This document shows, one piece after another, positions 50,124 through 57,941 of a stretch of DNA of 64,000 nucleotides; position 1 is the first letter of the stretch, and each line of letters opens with the position of its first letter. Position numbers and translations under genes: made by a program. Below the pieces are notes generated by a model. That model was given only the letters and a program-made list of their open reading frames with translations. It did no database searches and was not told where the DNA came from. Source of the DNA: a virus; IMG/VR virus record IMGVR_UViG_3300025674_000016, positions 64,001-128,000 of that record. One strand, written 5' to 3'.

Positions 50124-52044
50124 AAACTTTATCTTCATATTGTTCGCAGTCGCCTTCTTGTCTTGTCAAGAGGGTGGCAGGTCCGTTGAAACCCCCTGTG
50201 AGAAGGGGGATATTATGTTGTGTGATGGTGAGACAGTTGGCAACTGCGAGCCTGGATATCGTGTGTGTTTTGAGAATGTTTTGGACAATCCAGTAACAAC
50301 CTATTGGAGCGAATGTATAGACCGCAAAGACCCCGAAGAAGAACGCTGCAACTATAGTGATGACGATTGTGATGGTGAGATAGATGAGGGTGTTGCAAAC
50401 CTTTGTGGCAAGTGTGGTCTTGAGCCACAAGAACTTTGCAATAAAAATGATGACGATTGCGATGGTGAGATAGATGAAGGTTTCGCTGGGCAAAGAGAGC
50501 TTTGCAATGGTATTGATGAAGACTGTGACGGGGTAATTGATGAGGGTCTAAGCAAGCGTCAAGCTTGCGAGCCACCAAATGTTCAAGCAGGAATAATTTA
50601 TAATGATGACCCCGGCTCAAGGTCTTCTTGTTTAAGGGGCTGGACAGAGTGCAGAGAAGGCAGTTGGACACCTTGTGCAGAGTGGCAAGGACCAACGCCT
50701 GAAATCTGTGATGGCATCGACAACAATTGTAATGGCGACACAGATGAAATTGACGCACTTAGAAGGCCATGTGGATTTTCTAATATAGGGCAGTGCGAAT
50801 TTGGTATTGAGATCTGCTTTGACAACGATATTATCTGTGTTGATAGTGTTGGACCGCAAAATGAAATTTGCGATGGAATCGACAATGACTGCGACTGGTA
50901 TATTGATGAAGAATTAGCTCGTGAGTGTTCAACCATTTGCGGCGAAGGAGTGGAGAGGTGCCAAGAAGGCACTTGGATTGACTGCACTGCCCCACAGCCA
51001 GTTGCTGAAGTTTGTAATGGTGTTGATGATGACTGCGATGGCCTAGTGGATGAAGATATTTTTTGTGAGTGTCAAGCAGGTGCAATGCAGCCTTGTATTG
51101 CAGAGCCTTGTGGCTGGGGCACTCAAGTTTGTTTAGAGGAGGGAGTTTGGGATGTTTGTGTTGGCGGAGTTGTTCAAGCTGAGCTTTGCAATAATCACGA
51201 TGACAATTGCAACCAACAGGTTGATGAGAACCTTTCAAGACCGTGTTATGAAGGGCCTGAGAACACTCAGGGTGTTGGAGTATGCGTTGGAGGCATAGCA
51301 GAGTGCAGAGAGGGGGAGTGGCAAGATTGTGTCGGCCAAGTTGTTCCCAATCAAGAATTATGCGACGGCATCGATAACGACTGTGATGGAAACATTGATA
51401 ACCTTGAAAGATTTTTTGAAAAGGTCGATATGGTCTTCGTTGTTGATGTATCCGGTTCGATGAATAGTTTTATTGATTCTATAGCGACTGGTATCACAAG
51501 ATATGTGAGCAGTATTCGAGGGCAAAATCATAAATTTGGTTTGATTTTGTATGGATCAAACTTCTATACTGATTATGGAGAATCTATTTTATTTTTACAA
51601 CTCTCTGAAATAAGCGATCTCCTGCTTGCTTTGGCTAATATAATTCTTAGTGGACAAGATGAGCCTTCGATTGATGCGATTTTCTTTGCATCCAACCCAT
51701 CGAATGAGTTACAATTGGCCTGGAGATCAGACGCAACTCCAATTATTATTTTGCTTAGCGATGAGGAACCACAAACTAGGCTGTTTTTAACTCAACAAGA
51801 TTTACAGGGCTTAACAAGAACTTGTTTGCTGCCTGGTTGCAATTCGCAAACAAACGATAATTGGACAGACGGAGACCCACTTGAACTTTTTGCTTTTGTT
51901 GAGTCATCATCGATTATCTTTTGGGAAAGTGCAATATTCGCAGAAGGCAACAGAGTATTCAACATTCAGAGATTGCTCTTTGACGACATGCTTGAGGCAG
52001 ATTTAGAACTAATTTTCAGGGAGGTGTGCAGAGAAACAGAATGA
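50116..52044 (+). CDS. Cys/Asp-rich repeat lipoprotein with C-terminal vWA domain
   Basis: Signal peptide with lipobox FLSC; eight ExCxxxDxxCxxxxD repeats; MIDAS DVSGS. Confidence 0.8.
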   Translation: MNKNFIFILFAVAFLSCQEGGRSVETPCEKGDIMLCDGETVGNCEPGYRVCFENVLDNPVTTYWSECIDRKDPEEERCNYSDDDCDGEIDEGVANLCGKCGLEPQELCNKNDDDCDGEIDEGFAGQRELCNGIDEDCDGVIDEGLSKRQACEPPNVQAGIIYNDDPGSRSSCLRGWTECREGSWTPCAEWQGPTPEICDGIDNNCNGDTDEIDALRRPCGFSNIGQCEFGIEICFDNDIICVDSVGPQNEICDGIDNDCDWYIDEELARECSTICGEGVERCQEGTWIDCTAPQPVAEVCNGVDDDCDGLVDEDIFCECQAGAMQPCIAEPCGWGTQVCLEEGVWDVCVGGVVQAELCNNHDDNCNQQVDENLSRPCYEGPENTQGVGVCVGGIAECREGEWQDCVGQVVPNQELCDGIDNDCDGNIDNLERFFEKVDMVFVVDVSGSMNSFIDSIATGITRYVSSIRGQNHKFGLILYGSNFYTDYGESILFLQLSEISDLLLALANIILSGQDEPSIDAIFFASNPSNELQLAWRSDATPIIILLSDEEPQTRLFLTQQDLQGLTRTCLLPGCNSQTNDNWTDGDPLELFAFVESSSIIFWESAIFAEGNRVFNIQRLLFDDMLEADLELIFREVCRETE

Positions 52045-52268
52045 AGAAAAATAAAGAATGGGTCAACAGTCCAGACCACTACAATCAATCTAAAAAAGAG
52101 TTGTGGGATATTTTCCTTGACTTGGGTTGCGCAGAAGGGTATTGTGTTTCAAGTATCTACAAGTATGTCTATAGACACAAAGAAAAGAACGGAGTCCAAG
52201 ACTTAAAGAAAGCGAGAGCATGCTTGGACTTTTTAATCGAACACTATGACGAAATATTTGAGGAGTGA
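52041..52268 (+). CDS. DUF3310 (SaV-like) protein
   Basis: VNSPDHY...KYVYRHKEKNGVQDLKKA. Confidence 0.85.
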   Translation: MKKNKEWVNSPDHYNQSKKELWDIFLDLGCAEGYCVSSIYKYVYRHKEKNGVQDLKKARACLDFLIEHYDEIFEE

Positions 52269-52570
52269 AAATGGTAACACAAAAAGACGTAAAACATTTA
52301 AAGTCTCTTTACAAGTTGCCTAAGCATCAAATCAAAAAACACCCTGAGTTTAAGGCATTTGAGCTGGTTCCGAAGATCCCCAAGCGAGGGACAAATATCG
52401 ACGTTATTCTTATGGAGGAGGACAAAGAAAAAACAATTCGCTTTCTCTTCAGCAAGAACAATGAATCCTTTGTTAGCGTAGACATGAACACTAGCGAGGA
52501 TAAGACCTGGGAAGAGTTTATCGTTGAGAACAAAAGCTTTTTTGATTATCTAAGGAGGACAAAGAAATGA
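52265..52570 (+). CDS. hypothetical protein
   Basis: Coupled ORF in the small-gene array. Confidence 0.55.
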   Translation: MKMVTQKDVKHLKSLYKLPKHQIKKHPEFKAFELVPKIPKRGTNIDVILMEEDKEKTIRFLFSKNNESFVSVDMNTSEDKTWEEFIVENKSFFDYLRRTKK

Positions 52571-52860
52571 ATTACGGAGAGATTAAGCTAGAAACGGATA
52601 GCGTTAGCGCACTAACAGATAGTAGTGGAAACGAACTAGAAGGGTTATATCTTCTCAGGCTCGCCAAGTGGGTCCATCTTCTTGATGAGGACAAGTGGGT
52701 CAAACTTGATGCGCCTCTTGTTGAGGGAGGGGTGGTTAGGGAAGTCGAGCCACACACCGAAGGTGCAATGAGAATTATATTGCATGATACAAGTGAAGAA
52801 TTCTTTAACCCCCACCATCACTGGTTTGTTCCACTTGAGGGAGGACAAAAAAATGAGTGA
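52567..52860 (+). CDS. hypothetical protein
   Basis: AGGAGG RBS, coupled. Confidence 0.6.
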   Translation: MNYGEIKLETDSVSALTDSSGNELEGLYLLRLAKWVHLLDEDKWVKLDAPLVEGGVVREVEPHTEGAMRIILHDTSEEFFNPHHHWFVPLEGGQKNE

Positions 52861-53191
52861 AAAAGAGATTATGATTGGCATTTGGGACTGCGACTTGCCG
52901 CCGGATGAGTTAGGTAGAAGATTTATTGCTATGCCTGACACTTTCTTTAAAGAATATACAGAGGTATATATCGACACAATAAATAAACCATCCATGCTTG
53001 TACATGGCCCCAATGACGATGGATTTAGAAGAAACTATAGGGGAATACGCCAGGTTGGCCCACCCGATAATGGTTTCGATCAGTATTTTCATAGCTTGGG
53101 CTATAAGGAGGGAGATCAGTTCCCGATAACTGTAGAGTGTTGTGACAACCAGTTCTGGCTTGTGAACCCAGGAGAGTTAGGCCGAGAATGA
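52853..53191 (+). CDS. hypothetical protein
   Basis: GGAGG RBS; start MSEKE. Confidence 0.6.
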   Translation: MSEKEIMIGIWDCDLPPDELGRRFIAMPDTFFKEYTEVYIDTINKPSMLVHGPNDDGFRRNYRGIRQVGPPDNGFDQYFHSLGYKEGDQFPITVECCDNQFWLVNPGELGRE

Positions 53192-53207
53192 AGGATTTTT
53201 ACAAAAT

Positions 53208-53429
53208 ATGCGAAATATGAAAGTTAGAGGGGACTTTTGCCCTAGTTGCAAGAAAATAACAGAGTGGCACCCCATTCCTGATTCGCTAGCTTCTTTCTGT
53301 GAGTGCGGCTTTGTTCGGTGCGGATGGGGCAAGAAGGATGAAAGCGGGACAAGAATTTATGATGCGGGCGTCACAATACAAGAGTGGCTGGAGTGGCTAC
53401 ATAAGAGATCTGAGGAGGAAGAGGAATGA
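53208..53429 (+). CDS. small zinc-ribbon protein
   Basis: CPSC...CECG. Confidence 0.55.
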   Translation: MRNMKVRGDFCPSCKKITEWHPIPDSLASFCECGFVRCGWGKKDESGTRIYDAGVTIQEWLEWLHKRSEEEEE

Positions 53430-53752
53430 GCGATGAATTTGCAGATAAGAAAGGGATTCGTTGGAATCCCAAAGAAATGCTCAATGACCTGTGGCAGCGT
53501 CTCGAAACTGCAAAAGCATTTCACAAGGTTGCCGTAGAAGAAAGAGACTATGAAAGAGCCCTCTGTGACCGATACAAAAAAGAACTGTACGAACTTCGCT
53601 CACTTTATGAGGGTGTTCTTTCTCGCATCAACAAGTTGGAAGACGACACAAGAGCAGCAATAGAGTTTAATGAAGATGTGTTGCATGATGATACTGCTAC
53701 CCTGATGATCTTAGAGTTTTGCGAGGACATTACAAAGTTGGTTGGAGAATAA
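53426..53752 (+). CDS. hypothetical coiled-coil protein
   Basis: Coupled ORF. Confidence 0.55.
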   Translation: MSDEFADKKGIRWNPKEMLNDLWQRLETAKAFHKVAVEERDYERALCDRYKKELYELRSLYEGVLSRINKLEDDTRAAIEFNEDVLHDDTATLMILEFCEDITKLVGE

Positions 53753-53753
53753 A

Positions 53754-53993
53754 ATGAGCGCAGACATTGAACTTTTTAGAGACACTCATTATGGCTTAGA
53801 AACTTCTTTATCTATGGAAATAAAGGCGCAAGGCTGGGTTTCTTTATGTATTGAAAACGATCATGTAAAAGCCCCCGGCGATTCTCAAATCTCTGAGGTG
53901 TGGCTAAACTTGCAAGAAGAAGAACATAGAAATGTCGCCAAAAACCTTATCAAACATCTACAACACCAACTAAACATTTGGGATGAGAAATGA
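53754..53993 (+). CDS. hypothetical protein, paralog of 54532-54756
   Basis: Shared EIK..G..SL and LIxHLQHQL. Confidence 0.6.
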   Translation: MSADIELFRDTHYGLETSLSMEIKAQGWVSLCIENDHVKAPGDSQISEVWLNLQEEEHRNVAKNLIKHLQHQLNIWDEK

Positions 53994-54057
53994 GTGAAAA
54001 CAACAACTACACAACAAAGGACAAAGAAATGAGTGAAAACAACAACTACACAACAAA
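53986..54057 (+). repeat. 33-bp direct repeat (39-bp period) duplicating a gene start
   Basis: AGAAATGAGTGAAAACAACAACTACACAACAAA at 53986 and 54025. Confidence 0.9.
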
Positions 54058-54535
54058 AGAAAAATGGGAAAAGACCGGCCTACTTGATTCTCTTTCTGAC
54101 GAGAAAGCAAGCAAAATTGCACATCTATTCGAGAACCAGGCCCGATACCTAATGAGCACTTTTAGTGATCGAGACATTCCTAGCGAGTTTGGATTTTTAA
54201 ATAGATCCTTTGCGATAATTCGGGATGTCTTTGAAGGGGATGACTTGTCTTTTACATTTGAAGCAACCAACCTCCCTGCCTTTATTTACGCAAAAGAAGG
54301 ACAAACTGATGAAGAGGGGGCGGCCATGACAACCACGCCCCATCAGTTCGACACCCAGCCCACGAGTGAAGACGACGCCACTATTGCTGAAATTGTGAGA
54401 AAAGAACTTAATAGTAGGTACGCTGGCAAACATTTGATCTTTGGTGCGCCGCTTGTGGATGTTAACGGTTTTGGCTGTGTCTGCGCGGCTGTTGACGGCG
54501 GCTCAAGATTGGTTTTTGGAGGATATGAGAAATGA
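53990..54535 (+). CDS. truncated major-capsid-protein paralog
   Basis: KWEKTGLLD..LFENQARYL..GF...FAIIRDVF aligns with capsid KWEQTGLLE..LLENQAKEL..GF...FPIVRRVF. Confidence 0.75.
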   Translation: MSENNNYTTKDKEMSENNNYTTKEKWEKTGLLDSLSDEKASKIAHLFENQARYLMSTFSDRDIPSEFGFLNRSFAIIRDVFEGDDLSFTFEATNLPAFIYAKEGQTDEEGAAMTTTPHQFDTQPTSEDDATIAEIVRKELNSRYAGKHLIFGAPLVDVNGFGCVCAAVDGGSRLVFGGYEK

Positions 54536-54756
54536 GTAGTAGCGTCGAAATAAAAGATGATGGTTGTAAATCTCTTTCTCTCGACATAAGAACATCTGGT
54601 GTCGGACTTGAGGTTTGGAGAGAGGACGCCGAAGGGACGGAACTTATTACGATCTGGTTTGGTCTAAGGCGTAAGGAAGACAGAGAAGAATTACAAAAAC
54701 TTATTTTTCATCTCCAACATCAATTGGAGATTCATGAGAGGTTAGGTTGGGAATGA
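54532..54756 (+). CDS. hypothetical protein, paralog of 53754-53993
   Basis: LIFHLQHQL. Confidence 0.6.
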   Translation: MSSSVEIKDDGCKSLSLDIRTSGVGLEVWREDAEGTELITIWFGLRRKEDREELQKLIFHLQHQLEIHERLGWE

Positions 54757-55067
54757 ACGAGGCAAAGAGAATAAAAAAGTTCCTGCGAAACAAAGACAAT
54801 AAAGTTATTGTAAAAATTGTTGAGACAGACCCTTGGGGTGGAGATGTGGTCTTGACCACTACATTGACTTATGATGATCTGGTAAAAGAAACCTTGCTAT
54901 GGGAACAAAAGTTCAAGCAGGACTACGGATGCTTACCGGGAATTGTTATGGATGCCCCCTGGCTTATCTACTTTGTCACAATAGAGAATAAAGAAGGCGA
55001 GGAGCTTTATAAAAAAACTTTCTGGAAGAAGGAAGAAACAAGAGAATTCCTTAATGACGAGGGATGA
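54753..55067 (+). CDS. hypothetical protein
   Basis: Coupled ORF. Confidence 0.55.
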   Translation: MNEAKRIKKFLRNKDNKVIVKIVETDPWGGDVVLTTTLTYDDLVKETLLWEQKFKQDYGCLPGIVMDAPWLIYFVTIENKEGEELYKKTFWKKEETREFLNDEG

Positions 55068-55471
55068 TGATGAATAGGTTTTACCAGAGACTTGTGGACA
55101 TTACGTCTAATGAGCGGTATTTTTACAGTGATTTCGATATCACTTTCGGAAAGCAGAAAGGGCCAAACCCAGATCCCATCGAGGTTCGTTGTAGTTTTCA
55201 AGATTTGGTAAAGCTTTGTGATGACATTGAATCTGAAGGGTTCACGGGAATCATTGAGTTGGACCCTAGAAGGCTTTTGTTTGGAGTTCGCTTCGTGACC
55301 CATGTCGGAGATCCCGATGAGATTGTAAAGGTTTTTTGTGACGTGAGGGGTATCCACCTCATCATCCAAAGCCTTAAATTGAGTTATCCCGATGTAGTCG
55401 AAGAATTTAACACTCTTTTTTCATCTGAAGGTGAGCCTTTCTTTTCCAAGTTGGCTTTGAGGTGGAGGTGA
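55064..55471 (+). CDS. hypothetical protein
   Basis: Coupled ORF. Confidence 0.55.
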   Translation: MMMNRFYQRLVDITSNERYFYSDFDITFGKQKGPNPDPIEVRCSFQDLVKLCDDIESEGFTGIIELDPRRLLFGVRFVTHVGDPDEIVKVFCDVRGIHLIIQSLKLSYPDVVEEFNTLFSSEGEPFFSKLALRWR

Positions 55472-55475
55472 TAAA

Positions 55476-55664
55476 ATGAAACCAGGTAATTTGGTAAAGC
55501 CTAAACACAAATACTCCTACAACGAAGCGGGGATTGGGGTATTGCTTGAAATAGAAAAAGGCTTTTATAGACATAATGATTATTTCCAAGATCGTTTGAC
55601 AATATATTGGCTCCACGGGGAGGTAACTAGAGAACCTGATTCTTATGTGGAGGTGATAAAATGA
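55476..55664 (+). CDS. small SH3/KOW-like protein
   Basis: MKPGNLVK..GIGVLLEI..IYW pattern; GGAGGTG RBS. Confidence 0.6.
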   Translation: MKPGNLVKPKHKYSYNEAGIGVLLEIEKGFYRHNDYFQDRLTIYWLHGEVTREPDSYVEVIK

Positions 55665-55894
55665 ATTGTGAAGATTGTGAAAAAGAAGTAAGGGCGGCAA
55701 CTGCTCCTATGTGGGTGACAATTGAACACCAAGCATTACAACTACGACAGATCTCTCAACTATGCTGGGAGATCGTAAATGAGTTGCAAGAAGCAGACAA
55801 CCTCCTAGTTGGTGAATACCCAGACGAGTTTTCAAAAGTCTTTGATATTGCAGGTGAAATCGAGGATTGGTTAGTGAGGACAAAGAAAAAATAA
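55661..55894 (+). CDS. hypothetical protein
   Basis: GGAGGTG RBS. Confidence 0.55.
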   Translation: MNCEDCEKEVRAATAPMWVTIEHQALQLRQISQLCWEIVNELQEADNLLVGEYPDEFSKVFDIAGEIEDWLVRTKKK

Positions 55895-55901
55895 CTATTT
55901 A
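55893..55901 (+). promoter_or_regulatory. isolated putative late promoter motif AACTATTTA
   Basis: 24 nt before the leader-bearing ORF at 55926, inside an otherwise non-structural region. Confidence 0.65.
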
Positions 55902-55925
55902 TATTCACCACAGGAGGGTAAGAAG

Positions 55926-56222
55926 TTGAAGATAATAAAGTCAAAACTAATACAAATAATTAAAGAAGAGCTTGATAAAGAGGCGGTGAGGTCAGAAAAG
56001 GAGGCGGCTGTCGATTCCTTGCTGGGCAGTAGGCCACTTACCATTCCTCAACTAGAGCTTCTTTTTCCAAATTCTGAAGCTGAAGATATAAAAAATATAG
56101 AAACAGAACTTAAAAAGTTTGAAGAATTTGACCGCGAAGGGTACAGAGAAGCCTTGCTTGACCTTCTTTATCAACAGAAACCTATTGACCCCGAAGGAAA
56201 CCCCTTGGAATTCTCCTCTTGA
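55926..56222 (+). CDS. leader-bearing protein (putative internal head protein)
   Basis: MKIIKSKLIQIIKEEL; GGAGG RBS. Confidence 0.65.
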   Translation: MKIIKSKLIQIIKEELDKEAVRSEKEAAVDSLLGSRPLTIPQLELLFPNSEAEDIKNIETELKKFEEFDREGYREALLDLLYQQKPIDPEGNPLEFSS

Positions 56223-56247
56223 CATCCCACCCCTAATCGTCTATAAT
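56219..56247 (+). promoter_or_regulatory. consensus sigma70 promoter
   Basis: TTGACA-17-TATAAT, perfect consensus. Confidence 0.85.
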
Positions 56248-56278
56248 CCTCCTTACCTCAAGCAACTAAGGAGGAGCA

Positions 56279-57232
56279 ATGAGTAGAATTTTAATTGTAG
56301 ACGCACAAAACATGCTTGTAAGAAATTGGGTCGTTGACCCTAGCCTAGCCCTTAATGGGGCTCCGATTGGAGGACTAAAGGGTTTTCTCAAGAGTTTGCA
56401 AAAAGTCTCCAGAGAGACCAATCCAGATAAGATCGTTATTTGCTGGGATGGAGAGGGAGGGTCAAAAAGGAGAAAAACGCAAAACAAAAATTACAAGAAA
56501 GGTCGAAAACCAATAAGATTGAATAGATCTTCTAATAATTTAAATCAAGCAGAGATAGACCAGAACAGAATCTGGCAGCAGTTGCGGCTTGTTGAGTACC
56601 TTAATGAGATGCCAGTATATCAACTTATGCTAAAGCATGTTGAGGCTGACGACTTGATTGCCTTTACAACACAATTTCAAGACTTTAAAGATGATCAAAA
56701 AGTTATTGTGTCCTCGGACAAAGACTTCTTTCAACTTTGCAACAAAAACACCATCTTGATAAGACCAATTCAAAAGGTCATCTTAAATGAAAGCAAGATA
56801 GTTGAGGAATACAACATCCACCCAAACAACTTTGCTCTTGCTCGTGCTATTTGCGGCGACAAATCAGATAACATTGAGGGCATCCAGGGTGCGGGCTTGC
56901 CAACGGTTGCAAAGCGTTTTCCTTTTTTGAAAGAAGAGAAGTCTTATACCGTGTCTGATATCGTGAATCACTGCGAAGAACAAGAAAAAAAGCTTGTTGT
57001 CCATGAAAGAATCCTCAAGGGCAAGGATAAAGTGCTTGACAACTATAAGCTTATGCAACTATACTCTCCAACAATGTCGCCACAGGGCGCAGGACTTCTC
57101 AGAGAAGAGTTAAGAAATAAAAAGTTAATTTTCAACAAAACCAAACTCACAACAATGATGTTTAAGGATGGAATCGGTGAATACAACTGGACAGATCTCT
57201 GGAATTGCTACAACAACATCGTCTGGGGCTGA
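56279..57232 (+). CDS. 5'-3' exonuclease / flap endonuclease (T4 RNase H, PolI N-domain-like)
   Basis: LIVDAQN, CWDG, YKKGR, EADD, SSDKDF, GDKSDNIEGI. Confidence 0.92.
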   Translation: MSRILIVDAQNMLVRNWVVDPSLALNGAPIGGLKGFLKSLQKVSRETNPDKIVICWDGEGGSKRRKTQNKNYKKGRKPIRLNRSSNNLNQAEIDQNRIWQQLRLVEYLNEMPVYQLMLKHVEADDLIAFTTQFQDFKDDQKVIVSSDKDFFQLCNKNTILIRPIQKVILNESKIVEEYNIHPNNFALARAICGDKSDNIEGIQGAGLPTVAKRFPFLKEEKSYTVSDIVNHCEEQEKKLVVHERILKGKDKVLDNYKLMQLYSPTMSPQGAGLLREELRNKKLIFNKTKLTTMMFKDGIGEYNWTDLWNCYNNIVWG

Positions 57233-57233
57233 A

Positions 57234-57941
57234 GTGGAATTGAAAACCTGCTCAAATTGCAAAACAGAAAAGCCCCTAACAGAATTTTCTAAAGATAGAA
57301 GCAAAAAAGACGGCACCAGAAATTATTGCAAGTGCTGCGCAAAAGCCAGAAACAAAGCTTACTACGAGGCCAACCGAGAAAAGGAAAAGGCCAGAAAAAA
57401 AGCTTGGCGCGAGGCCAATCCAGAAAAGATAAAAGCTTGGCGCGAGGCCAACCGAGAAAAGATAAGAGCCAGAGAAAAAGCTTGGCAGGAGGCCAACCGA
57501 GAAAAGGAAAAGGCCAGAAAAAAAGCTTACTACGAGGCCAACCGAGAAAAGGTAAAGGACAGAGTAAAAGCTTACCGCGAGGCCAACCGAGAAAAGGTAA
57601 AGGCATATGGAAAAGCTTACCGCGAGGCCAACCGAGAAAAGCTTAAAGCCAAGCTCAAAGCTCTGCGCAAGACACCTCGTGGCAAATTTTTTAGAGTCAG
57701 GGACTCCGCAAAGCAGAGGGGAATAGAGTTTCTATTGACAGAGGGGCAGGCCGCTGAAATGATAAAAAAGCCCTGCACATATTGTGGAAAGCCGGGACTA
57801 TCAGGGATTGATAGGATCGACTCCAATGGTGTCTATACTATAGAAAACTGCGAGCCATGCTGTTATTCTTGCAACACTCGAAAGGGAACTAAATCAAAAG
57901 AAGTTTTCTTGCAAGAAATAAAGGAAGGAAAATGGAATTGA
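57234..57941 (+). CDS. HNH-type (His-Me finger) endonuclease with zinc ribbon and internal repeats
   Basis: CxxC N-terminus; CTYCG..GIDRIDS..Y..N..CCYSCN..KG; GTG start aligns with the paralog start. Confidence 0.75.
   Translation: MELKTCSNCKTEKPLTEFSKDRSKKDGTRNYCKCCAKARNKAYYEANREKEKARKKAWREANPEKIKAWREANREKIRAREKAWQEANREKEKARKKAYYEANREKVKDRVKAYREANREKVKAYGKAYREANREKLKAKLKALRKTPRGKFFRVRDSAKQRGIEFLLTEGQAAEMIKKPCTYCGKPGLSGIDRIDSNGVYTIENCEPCCYSCNTRKGTKSKEVFLQEIKEGKWN
57353..57645 (+). repeat. seven coding tandem repeats A(W/Y)xEANxEK, mostly 45 bp
   Basis: Repeated AAAGCTT...GAGGCCAACCGAGAAAAG core. Confidence 0.9.

Noticed and set aside
57289-57646. Repetitive alternative-frame ORFs and possible CRISPR-like array
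   Set aside because: The repeats are in-frame coding units of the HNH gene and have no unique spacers
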